From the NCBI GenBank assembly GCA_016783555.1, contig JADHWH010000002.1:2037-66036 (forward strand): a stretch of 64,000 nt of DNA. The letters run 5' to 3'. The notes under the pieces are model-generated. The model had not been told where the DNA came from. It made no database searches and was given only the letters and a program-made list of their open reading frames with translations. How positions within the stretch are numbered: the stretch's first letter is position 1; each line of letters opens with the position of its first letter. This document shows positions 37,621 through 49,652 of this stretch, piece after piece. Source of the DNA: Candidatus Omnitrophota bacterium (lineage in GTDB: Bacteria; Omnitrophota; Gorgyraeia; JABMRJ01). A program made the position numbers and the translations under genes.

Positions 37621-38726
37621 AGGGGATAATCACTTTTAATGAAAAAGGCGCGGCGCTATTGTTCACCTTTATGATAATGGCAACGCTTGTCATATTTACG
37701 GTCTTCTTTCTATTTATGACATCGACGCAACTAAGACGCTCGGCTTTTGATAAACAGGGCTCCCAGGCGCTATGGATAGCCGAAGGGGGGCTGCAGCGAT
37801 ATATATATCTTCTTAGCGACGGGACATATGATAGCGGCAATCATCCGGATTTAAGCGATAGCATATCGGTAGACGGCACGACAATCGGAGATTATGAGGT
37901 AACATCCACTTATAATGCGGGGACGAGTACCTTTACCATTACCTCGACCGGGACAGTAGGGGTCGTGGATAGAGAGGTAGCGCAGGACGTTACAGTAACG
38001 ACAACGGAAGCTATTCTGACCCGGGCCATACATTCCGACGGAAGCCTATTAGATTTTGAAGGGTCCGACGGAACCATAAACGGAGATATGAGCTGCCATG
38101 TTCAGGTGGCCAATGAGGAGAGCCTGACATTGATAAACTGCACCATATATGAAGGTCTCGTCAAACTCAACCCTACGGTAGATTTCCCTACCTATGAGGT
38201 CCTCGCCGATGCGGTCGGCCAGTCTGTGACGATTAATCTTACGTTTGAAGACGCTACTTATGCGGGAGTATGGTACACAACGAAAAAGGCTACTATAGGT
38301 AATAACGCTACCATTAACGGCTCCGTCTTTGCCGAAGGGGCCATCGACTTTGTCAACAGCGCGACTAATATCACCATAAACCCCAACAATAATTATCCCG
38401 CACTCGCTACGCAGTCCAGCATTAGCAGTTCCGATACCGGCCCGCCTGCCGCAAGGACCGGCTTGAACGACGCTACTATAAACGGCATGGTCTATGCCTT
38501 GCAGAATATTACATTGGATTATATGAATAAGAATACTGCGAACAGCGTCACCATCGACGGCACTATAATCGCAGGAAGTAATATTACAATAAAGAACGGC
38601 ACCAATTTTACTATTATTTACAATGAAGATATTTATGATCCCATGCCGCCGGGCGTAGATCTCGGCGTCACGACAACGATCAATGTTACACCAAAAGATT
38701 GGGACGAGAATATCCCAGTCTCCTAG
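37617..38726 (+). CDS. PilX/GspK-like minor pilin with C-terminal beta-solenoid domain
   Basis: EKG|AALL (no Glu5), QALWIAEGG, TITSTG, C-terminal W.E; start moved to ATG 37617. Confidence 0.78.
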   Translation: MKGIITFNEKGAALLFTFMIMATLVIFTVFFLFMTSTQLRRSAFDKQGSQALWIAEGGLQRYIYLLSDGTYDSGNHPDLSDSISVDGTTIGDYEVTSTYNAGTSTFTITSTGTVGVVDREVAQDVTVTTTEAILTRAIHSDGSLLDFEGSDGTINGDMSCHVQVANEESLTLINCTIYEGLVKLNPTVDFPTYEVLADAVGQSVTINLTFEDATYAGVWYTTKKATIGNNATINGSVFAEGAIDFVNSATNITINPNNNYPALATQSSISSSDTGPPAARTGLNDATINGMVYALQNITLDYMNKNTANSVTIDGTIIAGSNITIKNGTNFTIIYNEDIYDPMPPGVDLGVTTTINVTPKDWDENIPVS

Positions 38727-38735
38727 AGATTACTT

Positions 38736-40325
38736 ATGGGAATATTTAAGAAAGATTATATTGTAGGACTGGATATAGGTAGTTCCTCGATAAAGCTGGC
38801 TCAATTTGTAAAGAGGCAGGATGGCCTCTATCTTGTAAAAGCCGATTTAAAAGAGATTAAAACCACTGGTAATGATACCCTTGATGAGGGGATAATAGTA
38901 GGTTCTCTTAATGAGTTTTTAAGGGATGTTAATATTAAGAGGTCTAAGTTTGTCGTTGCCATTAATTGCCCCAAGACATGCGTGAGGACAGTCGTTGTCC
39001 CTTACATGCCGAAGAATGAATTGCAGGAAGGGATAAGGCTTGCGGCAAAGAATTATTTTCCGTTTCCTGTGGATGATGTATTGATGGATTTTGAGATATT
39101 GGGCGAGATATTAGAAAAGGGCGTTAGGAAATACCAGTTGTCTGTGGCCGTATCGCCGAAGACGACCGTCGATAGATATATTGCTTTATTGCGCAAGGCC
39201 GGCATAAGGCCTTCTTTATTTATACCTCTCCCTTTGGCGCTGCAGAAGGTGATAGAGCGGGCATGCCCCGAGGAGAAAGATGTTAAGGCGGCGCTCGACA
39301 TAGGGGAGTGTTTTACGGAGCTGGCCATATTCACGGGCAAAAATTTAGTCTTCTGCCGTAAGATCCCGGTAGCGGGCAGCGATATTACCAGGGCGATGAC
39401 GGATGTCTTGGCTTCGGATATAGGAAAGACATCATTGTCCATGGAAGATGCAGAGAGGTTGAAGCGCGAGCATGGAATACCCAGGGAGGGCGACGCGAGG
39501 ATTATAGAAAATAAAATCTCCACACAACAGATCTTATCCATGGTAAGGCACCCGTTAGAAAATATGGCCAACGAGATAGATAGATGTTTTGATTATTACA
39601 GGGAAGAATCGGGCGGCGGAACGATAGATTCTATGCTGCTATTCGGAGGAGGGGCGTTTTTAAGAGGCCTGCCGGAGTTTCTAACTGAGGAACTTGGCAT
39701 AGAGGTCAAGCTCGGCAATCCTCTCAAAAACCTTAAGATCAAGACCGGCAAGGTAATTGAGAAGAAGGGCATATCCAACCGATTAGCGACGTCAATAGGC
39801 GCGGCTTTAAGTTTTGCTAAAGGGATGAACCTGCTTCCCGTAGAGGTAAAAGAAGAGACCAAGCGCACCGTTAAGCGCGTAACCGCGTTTGGTGCTGTTA
39901 CGGCAGTTATTCTCTCTTTGATTCTTTTGTATGTAGGCATGAAGATACAACTCACAGCTTTTCAAAGAAGGATCGGCGCTGCAAAGAGAGAGTATATAAG
40001 CATCATGCCTCAGCTTAAGCTGGCCGAGACGCAGGCGATGGCCGACAAGACATTGACAAACGAGCCTTATTGGGAAGACGTCTTTATGGAGATAAGCAAT
40101 GTTATACCAGGAAATATTTATCTTACGGAATTAAACATGAAGGATGGAGCTAAGGATGGAGCTATTGAGATAAAAGGGATTGTAGATATAGAAGAAGGCG
40201 AGGGAGTCCTTTCAGACTTTATCCTTGCCCTGGAAAAAGGGATATTTAAAAACGTAAAACTTATTACGACAAAAGATATAGAAGATACAAAAAGCAGGTT
40301 TGAGATAAAATGCAGGGCGGATTAA
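38736..40325 (+). CDS. pilM: PilM-PilN fusion protein
   Basis: GLDIGSSSIK actin-like fold; GGGA.LRGL; internal MNLLP followed by a TM helix and PilN-like domain. Confidence 0.85.
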   Translation: MGIFKKDYIVGLDIGSSSIKLAQFVKRQDGLYLVKADLKEIKTTGNDTLDEGIIVGSLNEFLRDVNIKRSKFVVAINCPKTCVRTVVVPYMPKNELQEGIRLAAKNYFPFPVDDVLMDFEILGEILEKGVRKYQLSVAVSPKTTVDRYIALLRKAGIRPSLFIPLPLALQKVIERACPEEKDVKAALDIGECFTELAIFTGKNLVFCRKIPVAGSDITRAMTDVLASDIGKTSLSMEDAERLKREHGIPREGDARIIENKISTQQILSMVRHPLENMANEIDRCFDYYREESGGGTIDSMLLFGGGAFLRGLPEFLTEELGIEVKLGNPLKNLKIKTGKVIEKKGISNRLATSIGAALSFAKGMNLLPVEVKEETKRTVKRVTAFGAVTAVILSLILLYVGMKIQLTAFQRRIGAAKREYISIMPQLKLAETQAMADKTLTNEPYWEDVFMEISNVIPGNIYLTELNMKDGAKDGAIEIKGIVDIEEGEGVLSDFILALEKGIFKNVKLITTKDIEDTKSRFEIKCRAD

Positions 40326-40326
40326 G

Positions 40327-40869
40327 ATGAGGCTTGAAAAAGATAAATTAAAAATGATTATAGCAGGCACTTCTTTAATTTGCGCTTTGGGGATATACCT
40401 CTTTTTATACAAACCCTTGGTAATAGACTTAAAGAAGGCATACCGGGAGAGCAGAAACTGGGAGATCAAGGTGCTCGATGCCCGGGGTTTTATTGAGTCT
40501 GTTAAGATAACGCGGGCCAAGAGCACGGTCCTGGCCGAAGAAGACATCTCGCTTGCAATAGACGAGCTTACCAGATTCGGCAGGTTAAAAAACGTCAATT
40601 ATATTTCTATGACGCCCAAAGAGGGCCGGAAGAAGAAACACTTACATTACCAGATATTACCTATCGAGATAGAGACGGAGTCCACTTATGAAGACTTGGG
40701 TGAATTCCTGGGTTCCCTCGATGAACTAGAGCACAGTTTAATCACAGTAGATAGTTTTAGAATCACTCCCCATAAGGCAAAGGAGATAAGCGACGAAGGT
40801 GATCTATCAAACATTAAATCAAAGTTGGTTATAAATATGTATCTTATAGGCAGAGTTTATGCAGAATAA
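40327..40869 (+). CDS. pilO: PilO-like protein
   Basis: N-terminal TM helix; YQILPIEI....YEDLGEFL..L. Confidence 0.75.
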   Translation: MRLEKDKLKMIIAGTSLICALGIYLFLYKPLVIDLKKAYRESRNWEIKVLDARGFIESVKITRAKSTVLAEEDISLAIDELTRFGRLKNVNYISMTPKEGRKKKHLHYQILPIEIETESTYEDLGEFLGSLDELEHSLITVDSFRITPHKAKEISDEGDLSNIKSKLVINMYLIGRVYAE

Positions 40870-41275
40870 AAAATTAATAATACTGGTAATATTGATTATC
40901 GGGGCCATAGCCAGCCTGATATACGGCATAAACGCCCCGCCGAAAACAAAATATGGAGTCCAAAGAGCGCCGTCATCAGTTGAGGAAAGAATCGAGATGG
41001 CAAAGAGGACTATCTCGGTTAAGCGCAGGGCCAGGAAGACCGAATATACCGTATGGGGTAGAAACCCCTTTGTGCCGGAACTAACCCCGAAAGAGCGGCT
41101 TGTAAAGCTTACCCTAAACGGCATACTCTGGGATGAAGATTACCCCAGCGCTATATTAAATAAGAGCATTGTAAAGATAGGCGATGTTGTGGACGGAAAT
41201 ACCATTGTAGATATAGGGCCTGATAAGGTCATACTGAATGACGGGACAGGCGACTTCGAACTCAGACTGGAATAG
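40859..41275 (+). CDS. PilP/GspC-like protein
   Basis: TM helix, RNPF, L.GILW....AILN...V.GD. Confidence 0.65.
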   Translation: MQNKKLIILVILIIGAIASLIYGINAPPKTKYGVQRAPSSVEERIEMAKRTISVKRRARKTEYTVWGRNPFVPELTPKERLVKLTLNGILWDEDYPSAILNKSIVKIGDVVDGNTIVDIGPDKVILNDGTGDFELRLE

Positions 41276-41307
41276 CTAGCCCCACAAGCCCTTATTTTTT
41301 ATAATAT

Positions 41308-41336
41308 TTGCCTAAGTTTTATGCATCTGGTATAAT
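41308..41336 (+). promoter_or_regulatory. sigma70 promoter of glnA
   Basis: TTGCCT-17-TATAAT with TG extension. Confidence 0.65.
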
Positions 41337-41362
41337 TTTAACATTAAACTCGGAGGATTAAT

Positions 41363-44061
<2,699 letters not shown>

Positions 44062-44079
44062 CACTTTTAAGGAAAAGAC

Positions 44080-44257
44080 TTGACAAAAATTTTTTATATG
44101 TTATAATTGTATTGACAGTGAAGTCATAGAAGGCGAAGCAGCCCCGAATTAAATTTCGGGGTTTTTTTATTTGTAGGCCTTTGTAGGGGCCTTAAGGGCA
44201 AAGATGCCTTTTTTGGATATCCTAATATTGCGATATCCGAAAAGGCTTTTATTTTTT
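44080..44257 (+). promoter_or_regulatory. promoter and 5' leader with ANTAR-type hexaloop hairpins and two intrinsic terminators
   Basis: TTGACA-16-TATAAT; TGAC-AGTGAA-GTCA; GGC-GAAGCA-GCC overlapping terminator 44141-44168; GGC-AAAGAT-GCC overlapping terminator 44206-44257. Confidence 0.7.
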
Positions 44258-44281
44258 AAAATCAAAAAAAGGAGGTAAAAA

Positions 44282-45871
44282 ATGAATTTACAACGGCCAA
44301 ACGCAAATGATGTCACGAGAACTTACAACCGTTCGAAAAACGTGGTACCTTGTTCCGGGTTGTGTTCGAGATGCCTTGAGACATGCAGGGGAAACTGCGA
44401 GATATTTAAGTCTTCATTCAGAGGAAGAGAGGTCATCTACCCGGGGCCTTTCGGAGAAGGCACTGCCGGGGCAGACAAAGATTACCCTGTGGATTACTCG
44501 CATCTAAACATTCAGGGTTATGCGCTTGGCGCCAAAGGTCTTCCTAAAGGTGTCAGGCCCAGCCCGGATTCCACAAAGTTTCCGGATGTTGATACGGAAA
44601 TCTCATATGGATGGAAGAGAAAGGTTAAGATGAAAGTGCCCATCTTTACGGGGGCGCTAGGGTCAACGGATGTAGCCAGAAAGAACTGGGATAATTTTGC
44701 AATAGGGGCGGCAATATCGGGGATAACGATTGTCTGCGGAGAGAATGTCTGCGGTATAGACCCCAAACTGGAATCGAATTCCAAGGGTAAGATTATAAAG
44801 GCACCCGACATGGATCATAGAATAGAGGTATACAAAAGATTCCATGAGGGCTATGGGGAGATGCTCGTCCAGATGAATGTGGAAGATACGCGCCTTGGAG
44901 TGGCGGAGTACGTCAGAAAAAAACATAAACTCGAATCGATAGAGCTTAAATGGGGCCAGGGCGCGAAGTGTATAGGCGGAGAGATAAAGGTCCGCTCACT
45001 TGAGAGGGCGCTGGAATTGCAAAGAAGAGGATACATAGTCACGCCTGACCCCAGTGTACATGCGAATCAGCAAGCGTTTAAAGACGGCGGGTTAAAAGAG
45101 TATGAGAGGCACTCAAGGCTCGGTTTTATATCAGAAGAGTCTTTTATTAAAGAAGTAGAGAGATTGAGGGAGATGGGCTTTAAGAGAATCACCTTAAAGA
45201 CCGGCGCCTATTCAATGCGTGAGCTTGCCATGGCTATTAAGTATGCGTCTATGGCAGAGATAGATTTACTGACTATAGACGGAGCCCCCGGCGGGACCGG
45301 CATGAGCCCATGGAGGATGATGGTCGAATGGGGAATCCCTACTTTTTACCTTGAATCCTTGAGTTATGAATTTTGCGAAAGGCTCTCCAGGAAGGGTATG
45401 AAGGTACCGGATATTGCCATCGCGGGCGGTTTTTCTTTAGAGGACCATCTCTTTAAGGCCATAGCGATGGGCGCGCCGTATGTAAAGGCGGTATGTATGG
45501 GCAGGGCCCTTATGATACCGGGTTTTGTGGGGAGAAATATAAGTGAGTGGATATCGAAGAACGACCTGCCCAAAAGCGTGCTGGAATTCGGCAGAAAGCC
45601 CAAAGAGATATTTGTCTGCTACGATGAGTTGGAAGATAAATACGGAAAGGATATGAAGAATATACCTCTCGGGGCTGTGGGGGTTTATACATTTACGCAG
45701 AGGATAAAGGTGGGATTGCAGCAGCTTATGGCGGGAAGCAGAAATTTCCGGATAGATACGATTTCGCGTCGAGACCTTATGTCTTTGACGGAAGAGGCAG
45801 CCAAGATCTCAGGTATCCCTTATGTGATGGACGCCTACCGCGAAGAGGCGGATAAGGTCCTTAAGGGGTAA
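44282..45871 (+). CDS. stand-alone FMN-binding glutamate synthase family protein
   Basis: N-terminal Cys cluster; ELKWGQGAK.IGGE, LKTG, IDGAPGGTG, AGG, GRA. Confidence 0.88.
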   Translation: MNLQRPNANDVTRTYNRSKNVVPCSGLCSRCLETCRGNCEIFKSSFRGREVIYPGPFGEGTAGADKDYPVDYSHLNIQGYALGAKGLPKGVRPSPDSTKFPDVDTEISYGWKRKVKMKVPIFTGALGSTDVARKNWDNFAIGAAISGITIVCGENVCGIDPKLESNSKGKIIKAPDMDHRIEVYKRFHEGYGEMLVQMNVEDTRLGVAEYVRKKHKLESIELKWGQGAKCIGGEIKVRSLERALELQRRGYIVTPDPSVHANQQAFKDGGLKEYERHSRLGFISEESFIKEVERLREMGFKRITLKTGAYSMRELAMAIKYASMAEIDLLTIDGAPGGTGMSPWRMMVEWGIPTFYLESLSYEFCERLSRKGMKVPDIAIAGGFSLEDHLFKAIAMGAPYVKAVCMGRALMIPGFVGRNISEWISKNDLPKSVLEFGRKPKEIFVCYDELEDKYGKDMKNIPLGAVGVYTFTQRIKVGLQQLMAGSRNFRIDTISRRDLMSLTEEAAKISGIPYVMDAYREEADKVLKG

Positions 45872-45892
45872 TCCAACCTTAAGCAAAAGGGT

Positions 45893-46053
45893 AGAGGGGA
45901 CGTTTCACCTTGTTATTACTCCTTTATCCGTAAGCAGTTACGGTAGTAAGCGGTACACTTTTCGACAAAATGATTTAACCTGAAAAGATGTACCGGTTGA
46001 ATTTGTAACTTCTTACCATATAAGTAGTAATATAAGGGTGAAACGTCCCCTCT
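45893..46053. mobile_element. 161-bp MITE/REPIN-like long inverted-repeat element
   Basis: Perfect 17-bp terminal IR AGAGGGGACGTTTCACC/GGTGAAACGTCCCCTCT; imperfect pairing continues inward (TATTACT/AGTAATA, GGTACA/TGTACC, CTTTTC/GAAAAG). Confidence 0.6.
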
Positions 46054-46069
46054 TTATTTTTTTGTGGAA

Positions 46070-46103
46070 ATTGTAAACTAGAAATGATAAAATGGTTTAC
46101 AAT
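46070..46103 (+). promoter_or_regulatory. BirA operator (bioO)
   Basis: ATTGTAAAC-N16-GTTTACAAT, matching the BirA dyad, directly before bioB. Confidence 0.88.
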
Positions 46104-47001
46104 GGAAGTGTTAAAGACGTCCCTTACAGAGCTGATGGCTCAGGCCCATAAGATCAGGAAGGAATCGATAGGCGAGAAGCTTGAGCTCTGCAGTATAATA
46201 AACGCCAAATCCGGCCTCTGCGGCGAGGATTGTAAGTTCTGCGCGCAATCCTCCCGTCACAACGCCGACATATCTAAGTATCCCCTTAAAGGCAAGAATG
46301 AGATTGTGAGGGCCGCAGAGACTGCGAAGGATATCGGCGCCGGGAGATTCGGCATAGTAACGAGCGGAAACAAGCTTACCCCTAAAGAACTGGATGAGAT
46401 CGCAGGCGCGGTAAGAGATATAAAAAGGGATGTCGGAATAGCCGTATGCGGTTCATTAGGCGCGTTGAAGAAAGACGAATTGGCAGTCTTAAAAGACGCA
46501 GGCCTATCGCGCTATCACCATAATATAGAGACCTCACCCAATTTTTATTCAAAAATCGTAACGACTCACGGCTTTCAAGAGAGAATAAACACAATCAATG
46601 CCGCCAAAGAGAGAGGCCTTGAAGTCTGCTCAGGCGGCATAATAGGTATGGGCGAGACATGGCAGGACAGGATAGATATAGCGAACCTATTGATGGATCT
46701 GGATGTCGATTCTGTCCCTATTAATTTTCTCATTCCCATGAAAGGCACGCCGCTTGAATCTGCAGAGACTATCTCCTGTAACGATGCCATAAGGACGATA
46801 TCTATATTTAGAATTATCCTAAAAGAGAAGACCATAAAGATAGCAGCGGGAAGAGAGACCGTATTGAAAGATTCTCAAAAATTGGGATTCTTAGCCGGCG
46901 CGAACGGCATGCTCATCGGCGGATACCTCACAGTGAAGGGGAGAGACGTCGAAGCCGACCAGGAACTAATAAGAGAGATAAAGAGAGTATGGACAGAATA
47001 G
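46102..47001 (+). CDS. bioB: biotin synthase
   Basis: CGEDCKFCAQS, YHHNIET, CSGGIIGMGE, VPINFL; the alternative ATG 46084 lies inside the operator. Confidence 0.95.
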   Translation: MEVLKTSLTELMAQAHKIRKESIGEKLELCSIINAKSGLCGEDCKFCAQSSRHNADISKYPLKGKNEIVRAAETAKDIGAGRFGIVTSGNKLTPKELDEIAGAVRDIKRDVGIAVCGSLGALKKDELAVLKDAGLSRYHHNIETSPNFYSKIVTTHGFQERINTINAAKERGLEVCSGGIIGMGETWQDRIDIANLLMDLDVDSVPINFLIPMKGTPLESAETISCNDAIRTISIFRIILKEKTIKIAAGRETVLKDSQKLGFLAGANGMLIGGYLTVKGRDVEADQELIREIKRVWTE

Positions 47002-48143
47002 ATGAATTCTTGAAAGAGAGGAATACCAAAAATCTATTAAGGGTGCTACGTCCCGCAAGACAGAGGAATGAGGGTCTTATCTATTTTAAAGATAAGAGAT
47101 ATATAGATTTTTCATCGAATGACTATTTGGGGTTGTCGAACCACCCTAAGCTCAAAGAGGCATCGAAAAAAGCGACATATGAGTTTGGAACCAGTTCTTC
47201 CGCCTCGAGACTCTTAAGCGGGAGCTTAGAACTGCACAAGAGGCTGGAGGATAAGACAGCCGCGTTTAAAAAGAAAGAGAAGGCCTTAGTCTTTAATTCC
47301 GGCTATCAGGCCAACTTAGGCATAATAAGTTCTCTTTTTGGTAAAGACGATGTAATCTTTACCGATAGGTTGAGCCATGCCAGCATTATAGACGGGATCC
47401 TCTTATCGAAAAGTAGGTTTTTTAGGTTTAAGCACAATGATATGGGGCATCTCGAAGGGCTTCTTAAAAGGGAAAGAAGAAGATACAAGGAATCACTTAT
47501 CGTAACAGAGACGATATTCAGCATGGACGGGGATAGAGCCCCTCTTAGAGAACTCGTCCGGCTAAAGAAGAGATACGATTGTAAGCTGATGGTGGATGAG
47601 GCGCACGCAACGGGCATATTCGGCAGGAACGGAAGCGGTGTCGTTGAGGAAGAGGGTTTGGCGGAGGAGATAGATTTAATCATGGGGACTTTTAGCAAGG
47701 CGCTCGGCAGTTTCGGGGCGTATCTGGCGTCATCTAAAAAGATGGTCGATTACCTGGTGAATTCCTGCAGGAGTTTTATATACTCTACGGCCCTGCCACC
47801 GGGGGTAATAGCGGCAAATCTGGCGGGCCTGGAATTGATTAAAGAAGAGCCTTTTAGGAGAAGGACCCTTTTAGAGAATGCGGGATATTTTCGTAAGGGG
47901 CTGGAGAAATGCGGATTTGAGACGAAGGGCTCATCCCAGACAATCCCCCTTATTATAGGAGAGGCAAAGAAGACAATCGCGCTTGGCGAAAGGCTTCAAG
48001 AGAGAGGCTATTGGGCCCTGCCGATAAGACCGCCGACAGTTCCGGCCGGGGAGTCGAGACTAAGATTTTCATTGAACTATAACCACACAAAAGGGATATT
48101 AAAAAAATTTTTAGATGATATCTCGGAAGCCAAATCAGTTTAA
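46989..48143 (+). CDS. bioF: 8-amino-7-oxononanoate synthase
   Basis: SSNDYLG, HASIIDG, FSMDGD, DEAH, GTFSKA, IRPPTVP. Confidence 0.96.
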   Translation: MDRIDEFLKERNTKNLLRVLRPARQRNEGLIYFKDKRYIDFSSNDYLGLSNHPKLKEASKKATYEFGTSSSASRLLSGSLELHKRLEDKTAAFKKKEKALVFNSGYQANLGIISSLFGKDDVIFTDRLSHASIIDGILLSKSRFFRFKHNDMGHLEGLLKRERRRYKESLIVTETIFSMDGDRAPLRELVRLKKRYDCKLMVDEAHATGIFGRNGSGVVEEEGLAEEIDLIMGTFSKALGSFGAYLASSKKMVDYLVNSCRSFIYSTALPPGVIAANLAGLELIKEEPFRRRTLLENAGYFRKGLEKCGFETKGSSQTIPLIIGEAKKTIALGERLQERGYWALPIRPPTVPAGESRLRFSLNYNHTKGILKKFLDDISEAKSV

Positions 48144-48789
48144 ATATGTAGAGAGAAGAAAGAGAGAGTCGATGGCCTTAATTCCCGGCTGGGCGACCGA
48201 TTACAGGATATTCGACTCTCTGGATTTAGATTTTAATTATCTGGTACCTGTGGGCTTTTCCCCGGATAGCTTCGAAGAAGACCTCATCGAGGCGTTAAAA
48301 GAACATAATATTAAGAACCTCTCTCTATTCGGTTATTCCCTGGGAGGATTTCTGGCATCCCGCTTTGCATCAAGATACCCGGCCCTTATCGATGAGCTTA
48401 TCCTGGTAGGGATAAGAGTGAAGTACAATAAAGAGGAACTCGATATGGTAAGAGCGAGCTTAAGAAGAAGTAAGAAGGGGTATCTCTATAAATTCTATGC
48501 GCAGTCTTTTGTTAAGGAAGAAGAGATGCGCTATTTTAAGAAGAATCTGCTTAGATACTATCTGGAAGAGATGGATCTCGATTATTTATTAAGGACATTG
48601 GATTATTTAGGGACTTGCGAGTTTAAGCCGGAGGAGTTAAGAGAGGTAAGAAAGATAAAGATAGTACACGCGAGGGACGACAAGATCGCTCCTATTGAGG
48701 AGGCGTTCCGGATTAAGGCGGAGCTTCCCCAGGCAGAGATGATAACACTGAAAGACGGCGGCCACTCCCCATGGATAAAGAGGCTATAA
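48115..48789 (+). CDS. alpha/beta hydrolase, probable pimeloyl-ACP methyl ester esterase (BioH-like)
   Basis: PGW, GYSLGG nucleophile elbow, D...GGH; lies between bioF and bioC. Confidence 0.75.
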   Translation: MISRKPNQFKYVERRKRESMALIPGWATDYRIFDSLDLDFNYLVPVGFSPDSFEEDLIEALKEHNIKNLSLFGYSLGGFLASRFASRYPALIDELILVGIRVKYNKEELDMVRASLRRSKKGYLYKFYAQSFVKEEEMRYFKKNLLRYYLEEMDLDYLLRTLDYLGTCEFKPEELREVRKIKIVHARDDKIAPIEEAFRIKAELPQAEMITLKDGGHSPWIKRL

Positions 48790-49535
48790 AGAAAAATTTT
48801 TCAAGATACGCGCGATCTTACGATACTTATTCCACGGTTCAGGATCACTGCGCGGCCGGGCTGATTGCAAAGATTAAATCCAACGGCTTCAGAAAGATCC
48901 TGGATATAGGCTGCGGCACCGGTAACTACACAAGGCTATTAAAGGAGAGGTATCCTCAAGCAAGCATTAAGGCGGTAGATATATCAGAAGAGATGGTTGA
49001 TGTAGCCAGGGAGAAACTAGACGGCCAAAGAGTGGATTTTCTTGTGAGAGACGCCGAAGCGATAGACTTAGATGATGAGTTCGATCTTATAAGCTCCAAT
49101 GTAAGTTTTCAATGGTTTGAGGATTTAAAGGATCCCCTGTCAAGATACAGCGGTCTACTTAAAGAAAGCGGCATTATAGCCTTTTCTCAATTCGGCCCAA
49201 AGACATTCTATGAGCTTAATAGCTCTTTAAGGATACTTTTTGGTAAAGACGTCTCAATAAGCGCGTATAATTTTGTAGAGAAAGACGAGATAGAGACCCT
49301 GCTTAAGCGCCATTTTAAGATGGTTGAGGCAGCTGAAGAGATATACAGAGAGAGCCACAATTCATTAAGAGAGCTCTTAACGAAGATAAGGTATACAGGC
49401 ACAAGGGGGCGGGGATTAAATAACGGGAACCTCTGGACTCCAAAGGTTATCAATAATCTTGAAGATATCTACAGAGAGAGGTTTAAAGGCATTACGGCAA
49501 CATATCAGGTATTTTACTTAAAAGGTGTAAAATGA
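48771..49535 (+). CDS. bioC: malonyl-ACP O-methyltransferase
   Basis: FSRYA.SYD....Q, LDIGCGTG, SN..FQW, FGP.TF.EL, ATYQV. Confidence 0.92.
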   Translation: MDKEAIKKNFSRYARSYDTYSTVQDHCAAGLIAKIKSNGFRKILDIGCGTGNYTRLLKERYPQASIKAVDISEEMVDVAREKLDGQRVDFLVRDAEAIDLDDEFDLISSNVSFQWFEDLKDPLSRYSGLLKESGIIAFSQFGPKTFYELNSSLRILFGKDVSISAYNFVEKDEIETLLKRHFKMVEAAEEIYRESHNSLRELLTKIRYTGTRGRGLNNGNLWTPKVINNLEDIYRERFKGITATYQVFYLKGVK

Positions 49536-49536
49536 G

Positions 49537-49652
49537 CCCCGTTAGACCTCTAACAAAGGCTAAGAGGGGATAACATTCAGGATTTGTAGCCCAGGTTTAA
49601 ACCTGGGCTACAAATCCGGGAGGAAATACAATTGATAGGAGGTCTAACGGGG
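49537..49652. mobile_element. 116-bp miniature IR element at the bioC/bioD junction
   Basis: Terminal IR CCCCGTTAGACCTC/GAGGTCTAACGGGG; flanking TGAG duplication (49533-36, 49653-56); internal perfect 38-bp palindrome 49580-49617. Confidence 0.75.
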
